From Phoronis australis (Eukaryota; Animalia; Phoronida): a stretch of 57,635 bases of DNA. The notes under the pieces are model-generated. The model was not told the DNA's origin and made no database searches. It saw nothing but the letters and a program-made list of their open reading frames with translations. Below are positions 1-13,332 of the stretch, one piece after another. Positions within the stretch are counted from its first letter, which is position 1, and every line of letters starts with the position of its first letter. Location: assembly GCA_002633005.1 (NCBI GenBank), contig NMRA01000079.1:680859-738493 (forward strand), read 5' to 3'. A program made the position numbers and the translations under genes.

Positions 1-191
1 TCCTCAGTAGCCGCCTCGTTTCTCTCAACAGCTGCCTGTGCCTGTGCGTACTCTGCCTCGTTATACTCGGGCTCAAACTTGTACCCACCCAGTGAATGTC
101 CGTGAAAAAATTCTTCGTCACCACTGCTGTGAACAAGGTCTCCGTTACTCACACTACTGTCACTGTGATACGGGTCATCGACTCCAGCCAT
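1..191 (-). CDS. 5' part of an ORF truncated by the window edge (MAGVDDPYHSDSS...GGYKFEPEYNEAEYAQAQAAVERNEAATE); possibly a P2X7 C-terminal-like or other transposon-associated protein
   Basis: ATG at 191-189 in the context GAAAATGG, then 63 open codons to the edge. An acidic/Ser-rich N-terminus followed by Y-x-FEP resembles invertebrate P2RX7-ballast-like proteins (recalled, not searched). ETS-like CACTTCCGG at 397-405 lies upstream. Confidence 0.5.
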   Translation of the reverse strand, partial: MAGVDDPYHSDSSVSNGDLVHSSGDEEFFHGHSLGGYKFEPEYNEAEYAQAQAAVERNEAATE

Positions 192-532
192 TTTCAGCTT
201 ACAACACACTAAACAATCCCTAAATCCAACGTAGTTGAGTTCACTACTAACCTATCTTGCTGCAGAATACTCGCCGATGGAAAGTGGTGGCGACAATTGT
301 TGAAAAACAGCACAAAACAAAAGTAGAATAGAACAGATTCGCACGGTAAAGTCAACGCAAAACCAAGTGGCGGGAAACGCTTGCCTCCTAAAACGTCACT
401 TCCGGCGGAGTAGCGGACGAGTAATTTATAAAATTGCGAAAAGCTGTAATTATATAAGTGGAAAATATCTCTAGGATAACCAACCAACCTTATTTTAGCT
501 CAAAATGACATGGAAAAAGGTTGCCTTCGCCT
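1..532. mobile_element. Right end of a probable Kolobok-like DNA transposon inserted at TTAA (533-536)
   Basis: Ends ...GGTTGCCTTCGCCT|TTAA. Strong homology of the flanking TIR element to its intact copy (32529-32532, TTAA) breaks down at this TTAA. A related terminus (GATTGCATTCTCCT|TTAA) occurs at 1197-1226. Confidence 0.5.
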
Positions 533-946
533 TTAATTTAATACTGTTACATTGGAGTGGATTCCGGACACAAATATGTATTGGCAAACATCTGAAGATT
601 AATAAAAAGCGCTTTGGCAGCCCGCTTAAGGCTGCAAGCACACACCGGCTGGCTGGTGTTCAGTTCACTTTTGTTGTGCTTATGTGTAGGCCTAGAGCTG
701 TGACCCCAATGACCCAGCTAGCACTGTTATACTGTAGACTGTGGCATTCCAGAAATTCCAAAGACGTACTGTTATTGTAAATTTGACAAGTGTTGCTCTG
801 CAGACTATATTGACTTCAGTGGGGCTCACGGTACTAGCGCCCAAGCTTCCTGACCTTTAACCTTACTATGCGTTGTTATGATTGGATAGGGACATGGCGC
901 AAAGCGTCACCTAGCGGATCAAGAATGTTACAAATTTCTGGCGTTG
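533..946 (+). mobile_element. Partial copy of a non-autonomous TIR element (22-bp TIR at 925-946)
   Basis: Reverse-complement similarity to 30888-31053 joined to 32285-32532. Ends in ATGTTACAAATTTCTGGCGTTG, identical to the TIRs at 30888-30909 and 33122-33143. Confidence 0.8.
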
Positions 947-1594
947 CGGTAAGTACATGTAGCAGCCGTGCGGCATGTTCACTGACTCGTAAACAAATGC
1001 AAAGAACGACCGAACTTATAACAACCGGGGGAAAATAATAATAACTGACTCGACAGCTGACACAAAATGGCGGGAAATTCTTAACCCCTAATCGTCACTT
1101 ATGGAGTAAAGCACGACTTATTATAATAAAATGACGGGAAGCCGTAACTGAAAAATATGACAGAGATAATCAACGAACAGTATTTTTTATCAACAGTGAC
1201 ATGAAAAAGATTGCATTCTCCTTTAACAGGCTCGTACGATTCTAACAGCTAAATTAGACCCAGAGGAATGCTCTAACGCCGGTTTAAAAATAAATCCAAC
1301 ACTGGGCGCACGTATCAAGTTCCCGTGATAAAAGTGGCAGAGATTCTCAGATTCGATTTACGGCACTTCGTGGGCGAGAGAGAGGGAGATAGAGAGGTCG
1401 TCAAAAACATCGATTGAGCGTGGATTTATCGGTATGACCAAAGACATGTTTTTACAAAACACACACGCGTACTATCAGCACCAGTACTGATAGTGTTCTT
1501 CAAGTTTCGCTCGTTACAAGTAGGTCAGACGTTAGTGTCGATAACGGCTTTCTTATAAGCTCATCTGCAACACCAACAAAAATACTCGGCCATT

Positions 1595-4500
1595 ATGGAT
1601 TCTACGAAAGAGTACGATGCTAAATACAAACAACCCGACTTGGATGCAACCTTAACCAAAGGAAGGTTTAGCGGTAAAGTTGCTGTAGTAACTGGTGGCG
1701 CTCAGGGTATTGGACGAGCGACTGTGGAAAGATTTTGGTGAGTGTGCACAATGTACAGACATGATTAAAAACTTGAAGTTGACTGAAGAGCTACCTGCAT
1801 GGATTGATGTATAGCTAGGTACATTCAAACGGTTCAAGTCCTGAAGTCGTGCTAACTTTTGTGGTATGACTATTGCCTTCCGGGTGTGACGTAGAGTTTC
1901 TCAATCCGCTTGCCAAGAGCTATTTTGTTTGGGCCGGGCGATTTGGACACGTACCGGTAAACCTACGTGAGAAACCCCGGTTTAAGTTACCGTGACGTTG
2001 TGTTTTTCTACATTTGCCTTTGATAGCTGGTCTATTGAAAGTGCTGAGTGTACCATTCAATATCATTTTCAGTAATGATGGCGCATCCGTTGCGATATTC
2101 GACCTGAACAGCAGTTTGGGCAAAGGTTTGGAAGAAAAAATGACGTCACTGGGAATGAAAGCAAGATTTTACGAAGTCGACGTTACGAAAGAAGACCAGT
2201 GCGTGGAGGCGGTAAAAAGGGTCGCAGACGATAATGGTGGAATGATCCATTTTCTTGTGACCTGCGCGGTGACCTTTGAAAGTCTGAACATTCGTACGTT
2301 TTGGTTGCTGTTAAGTGCATGCCTATCGATGTCATTTTGATGTAAAAATGTTGAAATTCACAAACTGATGAAATCTTTCGCGCAAACTTTTTGCTAATTT
2401 GTTCGTGTTTTTTGCACATTTTCCTGAAAATTGCGGAATGTTTCATTTCCCAAATTTCACGGAACTTGGCGGAAAAATTCTAGTGAGCGAAAATGTAAAG
2501 GTGCACAGAGCTAGCGTGCAGCGCACCCCTGTGAGCTGCTTATTCAACACAAATTTTTCGCAAGTAGTCCACCTAAGCCGGTGGGTGTAATGTTCCATTT
2601 ACTGAGTTACTGTGTTTTCAACAATCTCGTGCCTAGTAATTTTATTGCCGTGGCCATTCCCAATTTTGGAGAAAAAAGTGTGTCATTTCATTTCGTAATA
2701 GCTACTTGAAATAGCATTCATGAAATCAAAATATCATGTCGTGCCTTACAAGCATTTATGAAATAACAACTTGTTTGAACAGATCAAATTTTGGTAAATT
2801 TTCAACATGGTGGTTTCCTTTTGTTGCGTTGGATACAAAAATCACTGAAAGCCTGATAAAAAAGTACATGTACGTATCAAACCGTACGATTTTACGAAAC
2901 GTTTCATGATACAGAATGTACCACTGAAAGTTTATTGATTGCGTTAATGCAAACCGTCAGTTTCATGAAAAGTTGGCAACAAAGAAAAATTTGTCATGCT
3001 GGTGTAAAACTAAGAACTAACGAGTAGCATTCTAGGTATTTTTGAAGGATTTTAATTTTGCAAGTTACACTTATGAAATGGCTTGTTTAAGGCTAACCTC
3101 TTACCTTGATTTTTGACAGACGAATGCTGCAGACAAAACGCAATGCGAATAAATTGATTTTTTACGATTTCAGCGACAGGCTTTCCAATTCTGTTCTTGT
3201 TATAGGGCTATTGCCCTTACGAGAAGGTCACCTAAATACTCTAGGGCTATAACATGTGGGATATGCTCGGCTGACACTGCAAAAAGCTACGTTTTAATTT
3301 GCAGCCATCACGGAGTTGCCGATTGATGTTTTCAAGAAGACGCTGGAGGTCAATGTTATTGGTGTATCCAACATGGTTCAAGCCTGTTTTCCCTTTATGA
3401 AAGGTAGACCCTAAAATCATTCGAGGACGCATTCAATTGCTTGTCACTAACATGACGCTCGTGTTTCGAGTTTATATCAGGATATCAAAAATAATAATAA
3501 TTTAAAAAACAAATAACTAAAACGAAAAGCTGGTTAGTAAGGCACAGCAAGGCTTACATGTATTTATTTTCTTATCGTGTCATCTTTGCATATTCAGTTA
3601 TATTTACATACATTATGGTTATAGTCAAATAAAACCAGCCAATCGATCAACCAATCACCTTTACTCATTTTAAAGGTGTTTTAGCGATACTAGGCGTACA
3701 TGTACATGTAGTTTTCGAAAACTACGCTACTTATGAGATGTATTTTCGTACCTCCGCTAAAGAGGAGAGTTGGATTCGGGATGCCGGCATTCAGCTGCAG
3801 TAAGCTCACCGTGAGTGACAAGAGTTCGTGAGGAGCAAGGAATGTGCTTTTGGGAGTGGCAAGGATTCCGCCCTTAAATGCCATCATTAGTTTACTGGTG
3901 ACAAATGCTCTGTTTTTCAATTACTAGTACATGTATTCTAAAGGAACTTGAAATGAAAGTTATCTGGAACATTCTACTGTTGACTTAGTCTCCCACTTGA
4001 ACGTTTCAGAGAATGGAGCCGAGTGCGCCGTGGTGAACTTGGGTAGTGTCCGTAATCACTGCGCGGTAATTAACATGTCCGCTTACAGCGCTGCTAAGGG
4101 GGCTGTCATGATGCTGAGCAAATGTATAGCACTTGACCTGTCCTCACACGGAGTGAGGGTTAATACTGTGTCCCCAGGGGCGGTGTGGACGCCGGCCCAG
4201 GTAAGAACACTACACACCCTACTTTGCGATGGAAACGATTTGCCACTGGTGCCTTTATTTTAAAACCACATGCAGAACCAACTTTGAAAATTGTTGTTTC
4301 TAGTTACACATAGTAATAAGATTCCGCCTACAGTAGGTCATTATCACGTTTTTGGGGTCTGAAAACCAACATGTTGCCCCCGTTGACAGTCATTGTATAC
4401 GGTACTTCACGGATTTTTCCGTAATCAACGGAAAAATACACCTTGACATTGCTACCTTGACACTTTTTCAGATTGAAGCTCATAACTTCGGCTTGACAAA

Positions 4501-5162
4501 GTTGTCCCTGCTTGGGTCATTTAGATACTTTAGATAATTTTATCTTTGTTTTCACTGGTTTGCATGAAGAACATGCAGTAAGTCCACTTGTTACATGGCA
4601 CACTTTGTGTTAAAATTGTGCCAACGGAAAGAGTATCAAAAGTGCCTTTGAAAACGCGAAAGACAAGTAAAGTCAAGGAAAGTGCAACAAATAACCATAT
4701 GGAAAAAGCGAAAACGGTTCATTGATGCTAAGTTCATTGCCAAAACAAGCCCTTTCCAGGTTCAGAGACTGGTTGCCTTTCTGGAAATGACTGAAACTAA
4801 ATCAAATGTACGTATACACAGTACATATTAATCTAATTACATATTAAAACAGTTTCATAGTTAGTTTTGTTGACCTAATAAAATTCCAATTGACCGCCAT
4901 GCTGTGTTAAACAGGTGAGGAATTATAGTTAGACGGATTATTTTCTGTTTTGTAGGAATTCAATGGCGATACTGAACGAGGAGGCAAGTACGAAACAGAG
5001 TTCAGTAAGTGTCTGATGACTCCACGTGCATATATCGAATCTGCCGGCGTGGCGTCAGTGGTCGCGTTCCTATGTAGTAAAGACGCCATGTACATCGATG
5101 GTGCTGACATACCTGTGGATTGTGGATATGCGGCAATGGGACCCGAAGGGCCCGGGCAGTAG
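1595..5162 (+). CDS. Classical short-chain dehydrogenase/reductase, copy 1 (286 aa); exons 1595-1737, 2073-2293, 3305-3403, 4010-4200, 4956-5162
   Basis: All introns GT-AG with compatible phases (861 nt). Contains TGGAQGIG, Asp after beta2 (IFD, NAD-type), VNVIG, catalytic GS and YSAAK, VRVNTVSPG and GADIPVDCGY. AATAAA at 5377-5382. Confidence 0.93.
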
Positions 5163-6471
5163 AAGGATGTGATTTGAAATAAGGTGGATATGACAGGCTG
5201 CCAGTTGCCAGTGTGACGTGGGCGCTGACACCAAGCAAATACGTTTTGCCTTAAATATAGCCAGCAAGACCTCGTGGGTGTTCATGAGCTGATGATTCGG
5301 ACGAGAACTGTTGGCATGGAAACGAGTGTAAAGATGTAATGAGGACAAGATCATGCCATATAAAAAATGTTGAGTGAATAAAATGCTATATTCGCTAAAG
5401 CTGATTATCAAGAAAAGTGGACTACGTTTCATATTACAATATAATGAAACTAAGCACGTATTTGCCGAGTAGACGAATTGGTTTTATGTACGTCAAATAA
5501 TCGGACAAGAGCATATTCCTAACAGATGAATCCCAATTTTTCCTACCAGCCTCATCCAATGTGACAAGCACGTCATAAACTGATTTTGGATTTCAATGTG
5601 CTGGCATTTTTTACAATTTAAACCAATATTTGATCAATTTAGCAAACAGCTTTACATAAATTGGAAAACTTCCCAGTTTTCCCAGGACAGCATCATTTGA
5701 ACAGTAGCTCCCAGCAGTTGCTTACAGAATTTCAATCGGGCGCGTTCGATACTAGAATAATTATTCTTTAAATCCCCGAATCTCACTGACATAGCTAATG
5801 ACACTGAGCATACGTTTAATAAAAAAAACTTAAGTGCAATTTTCTGTGAAAATCGTCCACATTTTAAGTGAAAACGTTTAATTTAAATAATTGCTTTCTG
5901 TGCCTGGTGAGACACAGTTTCCGTAGCTTGCGTCCAGACTAACTTAAGAGTATCAAATACCCACTGCACGTTTTTCTACGATGAGATAACATCAATTTTG
6001 TCATTTCCAAAATGCCAGTTTTCGTATTTTCTCAATGGTTCACGTTTTCTAAATATTCTAAGTATTCTGCGCAGGTGTTATTTCGCAATAAATGTGCAGC
6101 TTGCACCTGGTGCGAAAAATCATCACTTATAAATCAGAAACGATGAATTCTACCCAGCCATCAGTTCAAAACTACGTCCTAGTAGAAACTGTGGTGGTCT
6201 GGGGTGCAATAAAGACGACCAGGTTTGCAAAACATGGTGAGGGAGAGGGGGAGGAAAAGGAAGAGTTTGTCGATCCTATTGCCTACTATTCGTTGATTTA
6301 TTAGCCTGACCTAGTTTATGACTATTCAAAGCACTTACAGACAGATGTACACACAACACGAATACATTAATTAACGTTAATAATGTGGCGTGACTGTTCT
6401 CGCTAGGTCAGACAGTAGTGTCGCTCGAGAACTTCTGCCGATAAAAGGTCGTAGCCAACATTTCGTACTTG

Positions 6472-9400
6472 ATGGATTCTGCGATAAGAAAGTACGATGC
6501 TAACTGCGAGCAACCAGACTTGGATGCACCCTTGACTAAGGGACGGTTTAGCAGTAAAGTTGCTGTAGTAACTGGCGGCGCCCGGGGTATTGGACGAGAG
6601 GTTGTGGAACGATTTTGGTGAGTGTCGGCTAGTTAAAAATAAATGCATAAGTTGACTGCAGCCCAGAGCAATCTGAACAGTGTAGTGTCGACACACAATT
6701 AATGCATAATTCAGTTGTACACTCAAACGATTGGAGTCATGTTACTTTACTCTTATAGCCGAGTCACTTTCTTAGCTATTTCTCTTGGTGTTTCCAACAG
6801 TTCATCTCCGTTAACCTTGTAATACCTGATCTATTTATGCGCGCACCCTGCCTAAAATATAGGAGAGCTCGAATTTTTGACACTGTGGATCTTTTACACG
6901 TATTAACAAAAAAAACAAACAAAAAATCGGGGTACCACGTTCAGAGCTATGAGTTGTGCATTTGCACCATTTTAGTGAACTTTTGCCTCATTTTCTCGGA
7001 CTTTTTGTGTCTCTAAGGCAGACTTTTTTGCCCACGGGGGCTCGTTTGAGCCCCTCTCCCCTTGGTGCACGCAAGCTATTGAAGACCTCAGTTGAGTAAA
7101 CCATTGACACACAGATCATTTTCAGTAATGATGGCGCATCTGTTGCGATATTCGACCTGAACAACAGCCTGGGGAAAGCTTTGGAAGAAAAAATGATGTC
7201 ACTGGGTATGAAAGCAAGATTTTACGAAGTTGACGTTACGAACGAAAACCAGTGCGTGGAGGCGGCGAAAAGGTTCGCAGACTACAATGGTGGCGTGATC
7301 CACTTTCTTGTGACCTGCGCGGTGACTTTCGAAAGCATATTTATCCGTACGTTTTCGCTTATTGCTATTAAGTGTAAGCCTATCGATGTCACCTGTCATC
7401 TTGATGTCAAAAACGTTGAAACTTACAGACTGTGAATCTTTTGCGCAACAAATTTGCTAATGTATGGGCCCGTTAAGAGAATATTAAAAGGTGGTCTATA
7501 TGAAAACCACTGAATAAATTTTCAATATTCAGTCTATGCGTCAAAATTCAAAACAACTGCATTTTTTGTACATGGATGAGTATCCTACTAAAAAAATCTA
7601 AATGCCAAATGTTGTGCACCCAGTGACCCCTAATTTTGGCACTGGAGCACTAGGCCGCAGTTGGTCATATTAGCAGTCTCCAAAATAGCATGTTTTCAGC
7701 AACGAAAATAAGTAACTTACAAAACAAATTGAAAGCATACTGTAAATAATTATATGGCATTTGCTCAAATTGGACGGCCTTGTGCTAGATAATTCCTAGC
7801 TAATTGTGACCATCTTACTACCATACAGCACCTTGCAGCTTTATGTAACTTTTTGAACATACAACTAAGGAGTAGCCTAAATCTTGATGACTGACCAAAA
7901 AACATCTTGCCTCAACTTTACATTGAGTGAAAATTGTCTTGCAATACTGTCGATTTTGAAAATAATGAGCAGAGTTTATAGACAAATTGAGCGGAAGTTT
8001 GAAGCCCCATTAATCTTGGAAAAGAGTGACGGAGACCCGGCTTACCAGCGATATCCTGTCGGGGGCCCTCAAGGGGTAAACCTTGCTCTATACTACATGT
8101 ACATGTATGTTGTGAAATGTTCTCTTGAATTTTCTCTCTTATATCCTCATTCGCAGTCTTTCTTTTCTCAACTGTCCACGGTCCCACGCCTATGTCGGTT
8201 GCCAAGGTTTAACCCAGATGCTGCCTGCAAAAATTTTAGGGTGCACGTGCCCCCCTGGCCCCCCGACTTCCCACGACCCAGCACATGATTTCTAATGGCA
8301 AACTTCTTATCATGATGTGCGAGTTAAAATGTGATGCGCAAAACGAGTTTGTTGGATGGTTTTTCAATACTTAACGATTTCTGGTTCGAGTGTGGTGTTT
8401 TTACACGTTGGTAGCCTGCATGCTCGCTCTACGGTGACAATGTGGGAAATGTTGCAATGACACAGCAGCAATTAAGTGACGTTTTGCTTTGCAGCCTTCA
8501 CAGAATTGCCGACCGAAATTTTTAAGAAGACGATGGAGGTCAACGTTATTGGTGTATCCAACATAGTTCAAGCCTGCTTTCCCTTCATGAAAGGTAGACC
8601 CTCAAATCATTCGAGGACTTATTCAACATGACCGGTCTCGGATTACCCATCGAAATTCGAATCTCACTGTATTTACAAACAATGCCGCAGTATCCACCAA
8701 GCACTTTCTTGTTTCGTGCCATTCGAGTTTCACACGTTCATTTTGTTGTGGTATTCTTTACAAGTCTTTCTGAACTGCATTAATCTACTCGTCCATCCAA
8801 TGCCAACGAAGTGATACTGCTGCACTTGCTGTGAGTTGCAACTTCGACGGGAGATATACCTGTAGTAAAACTTGACAAACCATGTGTGGATGCACGGTGT
8901 CACGATCTTCGCTTTCCCGACATTAACAAAAGATAAGGAAATGCGCGGCAATTGGAAAAAGCAAATCCGTCGGGTTAATCTTGAACCGATAAGAATCCCC
9001 TCTCTGACACCTTTCCTTTCCAACAGACCTACAATGTACTCTTAAAGGGTTTAAATCCGGAGAACACACACATCGACAACTTCCGACATGACCTGTGAAA
9101 ATGTCGAGGCCCGTGAAAACAACGCACTTTCTATCATATACATGTACCTCCGAGTTCCATCGATGTGTAATTCTGGACGGCCTTATTGTTTGTTACAAGC
9201 ATAACTTTCGTGGTTTGAGGTCTTCAAACATTGAAAAGTTGGGTTAGTGAGGAGCGATAAATCGTTCATAGTTGTTTGTTTTCTTTCTTATCATGTCTTT
9301 TCCTTGCTGTCATTCATTTATATCTAAAATTGATTGCTCAATATAACCATCCAAACAACCAATCAATCAGTCCGACTCGGCTCAAAAAAGTTCTAATTGT

Positions 9401-11211
9401 ACTACCTTTCTAAAACTAGACTACTCGTGAACTACATGTACAATTACATGTACCTACCTCTGCTAGAGAGGAGAGTTGGATTCGGGATGTTCGAATGAAT
9501 TCAGCGTCGATGGGCTTGTTGTGCGTGGCAAGAGTTATTGTAGAACTGACTTCCGCTCTTGACTGTGCCATTGTTAAGTTTGCAATTGGCGAATCTTGCA
9601 CTACTTGTATATTGAATTGGGAATTGAAATGAAATTCACCAATTAATTAGAACATTCTGTCGTAATGTTGTGATTGAGTCTTCTTCTCGGTCGTTTCGCA
9701 GATGGAGCCGAGTGTGCAGTGGTGAACATGGGCAGTGTCTACAATCACTGCGCGAGAATTAACATGTCCGGCTACAGCGCTGCTAAGGGGGCTGTCATGA
9801 TGCTGAGCAAATGTATGGCACTTGACCTGTCCTCACACGGAGTGAGGGTTAATACTGTGTCTCCAGGGGCGGTGTGGACGACATTTCGGGTAAGAACACT
9901 ACACAATTGGGAAATTGCATTATTCATAGACATCAGAATACATGAACCTAGGCAATAATGAATGCTGTGTGACTAAGAAGATTTGTAATTGAGACCCAAG
10001 TTTTAAAACCGAATGCAGCGCCATCCTTGAAAAAACGGTTGTTTTGGTATCTGTGTTTGAGAGAAAATCCTCCGTTATCGGTCCTAATTACCGTACACAT
10101 ACTTGAAACAAAAAGGATCTGCATCTGTCACTGTCATATTTTGGGGTCAGAAAATGAGCATGTTGACCTCTGTTAAAGTCAACGGAAGAGTTATCGAGGC
10201 ACTGTTAATTTGTCCCGGGTTGAAACTAGCAGCTTCGGCTTGATAGGCTTGCTCCAGTTTTGGAAATTTAAATGTTCTTATCTTTGTTTTCGCCTGCTCG
10301 CATCAAGAACACGGGGGTTAATCCTATCGGTAAAAATGTAGGTAACGGAAATAAGTGCATGTGATGAAAGTCTCTGTTCGTGTTCACAACCTGGTGCCAA
10401 TTGAAAAAGTATGAAAATGTCTATAAAAGTTTCAGTATTTGTCTTTGAAAATGCGAAAACAAAGTCGAATGGGCACATGGAAAGTGCGAATTGGTTTGGT
10501 AATGTTAACACAATTGTTCAAAGGCTGGTAATTTTGTTGGAAATATTAAAAATAGATCAAAAATGTACAATGTTAACTAATACCAGATGAAAACACACTT
10601 TAAGCTTCAGTTTTAAATGTACATGCATATGTAAATATTAAAGAAAACATTGAACACACATTGTTTGTGTTCCATAATTCCACACCGGTTGAGATTTGCA
10701 TATACACTTAGGCTCACGATTTTATGAGGGGATGCCCACTGCTAAGTCTGATTGGATGCTTGTGTTTGACCGGTAGTCCCGGTGGCTCAGCGGCTTAAGT
10801 GTCTACACGGATGGTAGAGGGTCCTGAGTTAGAGTCCTAGTCGGGGGCAGAATTCTTTTCGGACTTATGCTCATTAGGTCACGTGATGTGGCCATTAAGC
10901 GGAGTGCAGACCAGATTTGAAATGTTTGTAATCTTCAGTTTTGTTAAGAAATACACAAGAAATTTCTCGTGAATGCCATAGTACTGTATGTGCTAAACAA
11001 GCCAAGAGTTACTATAGGAAATTTTTTTCTTTTCTAGACGAACGACCCATTTTGCAAAAACCTTATGACTCCACGTGTGTTGATCAAAGCTGCTGGCGTT
11101 GCGTCAGTGATAACTTTCTTATGTAGTAAAGACGCCATGTACATCGATGGTGCTGACATCCCTGTGGATTGTGGATACACGGCGATGGGACCCGAAGGGC
11201 CCGGGCAGTAG
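6472..11211 (+). CDS. Classical SDR, copy 2 (275 aa); exons 6472-6617, 7126-7346, 8495-8593, 9702-9889, 11038-11211
   Basis: Same intron positions and phases, open frame (828 nt). Contains TGGARGIG and YSAAK. Last exon is 11 codons shorter than in the paralogs. AATAAA at 11707-11712. Confidence 0.9.
8627..9025 (-). repeat. Insertion in SDR2 intron 3, homologous to 40835-41225; decayed coding relic
   Basis: Starts where the intron diverges from SDR1 intron 3. Shares CGAATCTCACTGTATTT...ACAATGCCGCA and further blocks with 40835-41225. Minus-strand peptides are CGIVCKYSEIR and CGIVGKYSEIR. Confidence 0.65.
10776..10849 (+). pseudogene. tRNA-derived pseudogene or SINE head in SDR2 intron 4
   Basis: A-box TGGCTCAGCGG, degenerate B-box GAGTTAGAGTCC, anticodon stem TCTAC/GTAGA with a 7-nt loop. 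Acceptor and T stems are imperfect. Confidence 0.6.
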
Positions 11212-12970
11212 AAAGATGTGCTTCGAAATAAGATGGATGTAACGAGCCGCTAAGTGCCTGTGTGACGTGTTCAAACCAGGTCGCAAGCTGGTCGTATAGA
11301 GATCGGTACATTGGGGTATCCCATGTTCACTTTGTTTTTCTGTATTATCAAAGATAATGGCAACCATTTATCCGTAACTGGAGATGTGAGCCCAAGGTAC
11401 AATAGCCATGATACCCGTATTGTTACATGCATATCCAATAAAGATGAAACAAAGGAAAACAATGGTAGTGTCCCAGAGGCGACAACCAAACGACGCGCTT
11501 ACGCTGGTCATGGATGTCGCAAGTTAAACAATACCCTCCGACCTCCGTACGACTTCATATGGCATGACACCTAGCAAATACGTTTTGTCTTAAATCTCGC
11601 CAGAAAGACCTTGTGCATGTTCGTGTGCTGACGAGAATTGTGGACATGAAAACGAGTGTAAAGATGCAATCAGGACATGCACTTGCAATTTAAATATTAC
11701 GCTGTGAATAAAATGCTCTGTTTGTTCATAATCGATGAAAAAGGACTACGTTTGATTCTTAAGTGGCAATATAATTTAATTAGGCCAAGACGAGTGAACG
11801 CAAGAATAAAGAATATAACGTCACAAAGTATGTGAAATTGTCTTTACATATCGTTCAGGAAATTATGCAAACATAAACTAGGATTCCATTATCAGGAACA
11901 ACTCTGATATCTTCGCAGCCCCAAATTTTTCCTTGAAGATGAACGTTATCTGCTCGTTTGCAAATTTCAATTATACAGCAAGCTTTCACGCTGGAGAATG
12001 ATTGGTCGTATGACTGAAGGTCGCACGTGCGCAGATAAAGTTCACCTCCGAGGAGTCCCGGAAGGCTTCCGGCGTCTTATGGAATAACTTAGAAATTGCC
12101 GTAGCCTCAAGTTTCCAGTGGGAAGTGTGAGTTTGGTATTCTTAGCTGTGTCAGGTTCGAATTTCACTCAGTAATGTGAGCTTCGAAACAAAATAGACTA
12201 GTAGACTCCCCAAAGAATTGCGGGAATTTTGGCGAAAGTATTCGCCACAAAAATCCGCCCATGCGTTTTTTTTTTGACTCAACCCCCATGGGGGCGACAT
12301 TATATGTCTTGTGCGACAATATATGCCTTAAATGTCGCTAAGCATTGTCGTGCGGACGATAACAGGTGTCGAGTGCGACAATATATATCACGACATGACC
12401 TGTCACATTATAAACATGTAAGGGAAACACGCTCATGTCTGACCAGGATACCCGGCCAAACGCGCTTAAATATTAGAAAAATACACAAAAATTCCCGTCA
12501 CAGGAGTGGAGACTAAATGATGGAGCTGGGACAATTGTTTTGTATACCGGTTTGTACATACATGTATATGAAATTGCGGTTGTTTTATGATCGGACGAAC
12601 TATTTTGGTGTAGAATGAACACAGATATGGCTCCATTGAAGCAACGCTGGAGACCTACAGGTTTTTTCAGACACTTTGTAGCCTACGTACCCAGACAACA
12701 CGCCCCAACATGCAGGTGGCATGAACTCTATCTTCAGGCGGAGGAAACAAACTCTAATTACGGGTTGCATCCGTATCACGGCATCTAAACTCCAACCACA
12801 CTCGTCACCAATTATGTACGACACAGTTTCTAGTGTGCAAATCACAGTGTAACAGTACGGATCTCAGAACGGCACCCCGATACCTCTCAGGCCCCACGAC
12901 TACAACGACGCGTAGAATTATTACTTGTCATCGTGTTATTTGTCTTGATGTCTGTCATTTAAGTTAATTG

Positions 12971-13332
12971 CATAGGCGGATTTAGGGTGCTTGCAGGCCC
13001 CCCCTTCATAGTGGCTGCAGGAAAAAATAAAACAGTCAGAGGTGAGGACATATTGAGTTCATTAACTAACCCCGGTAATTAACATGCGACTGAAACAAGT
13101 CTTAACAAAGTGTGCAGTTTCAGTTTGTGTGTGCGTGTGTGCGTGGGGGGACTGGCAGTTCCTATTGCAAGCGGCAGGCCGCTGCCGTCGCAACCGGTTA
13201 GCCGTTTTTTATTTTGGTCGTGAACATCCTCAGAAATTCGAGTCCCCCTATATTTTAGGCTGGGTGCGGCCTCGCAATCGAGCTTTCCGTGATTCCCCGA
13301 GATAAATAGTTGCCCCCTTGGATGCGCCACTG
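12971..13332. mobile_element. MITE-like element (CATAGGCGGATTT...GGATGCGCCACTG)
   Basis: Imperfect TIRs, flanked by AATTG on both sides. Related termini at 23971-24122. Confidence 0.55.

Noticed and set aside
925-946. LTR end plus primer-binding site (TGTTACA...TGGCG)
   Set aside because: Spacing is wrong for a PBS, and the motif is better explained as one arm of a perfect TIR pair.
2014-2340. ORF-track SDR fragments as standalone genes (also 3997, 7181, 9674, 14427, 16909, 18212)
   Set aside because: They are exons read through into introns; the spliced models explain them.
10776-10849. Functional tRNA-Ser(GGA)
   Set aside because: T-loop lacks TTC, stems are mismatched, there is no long variable arm, and the anticodon loop is atypical.
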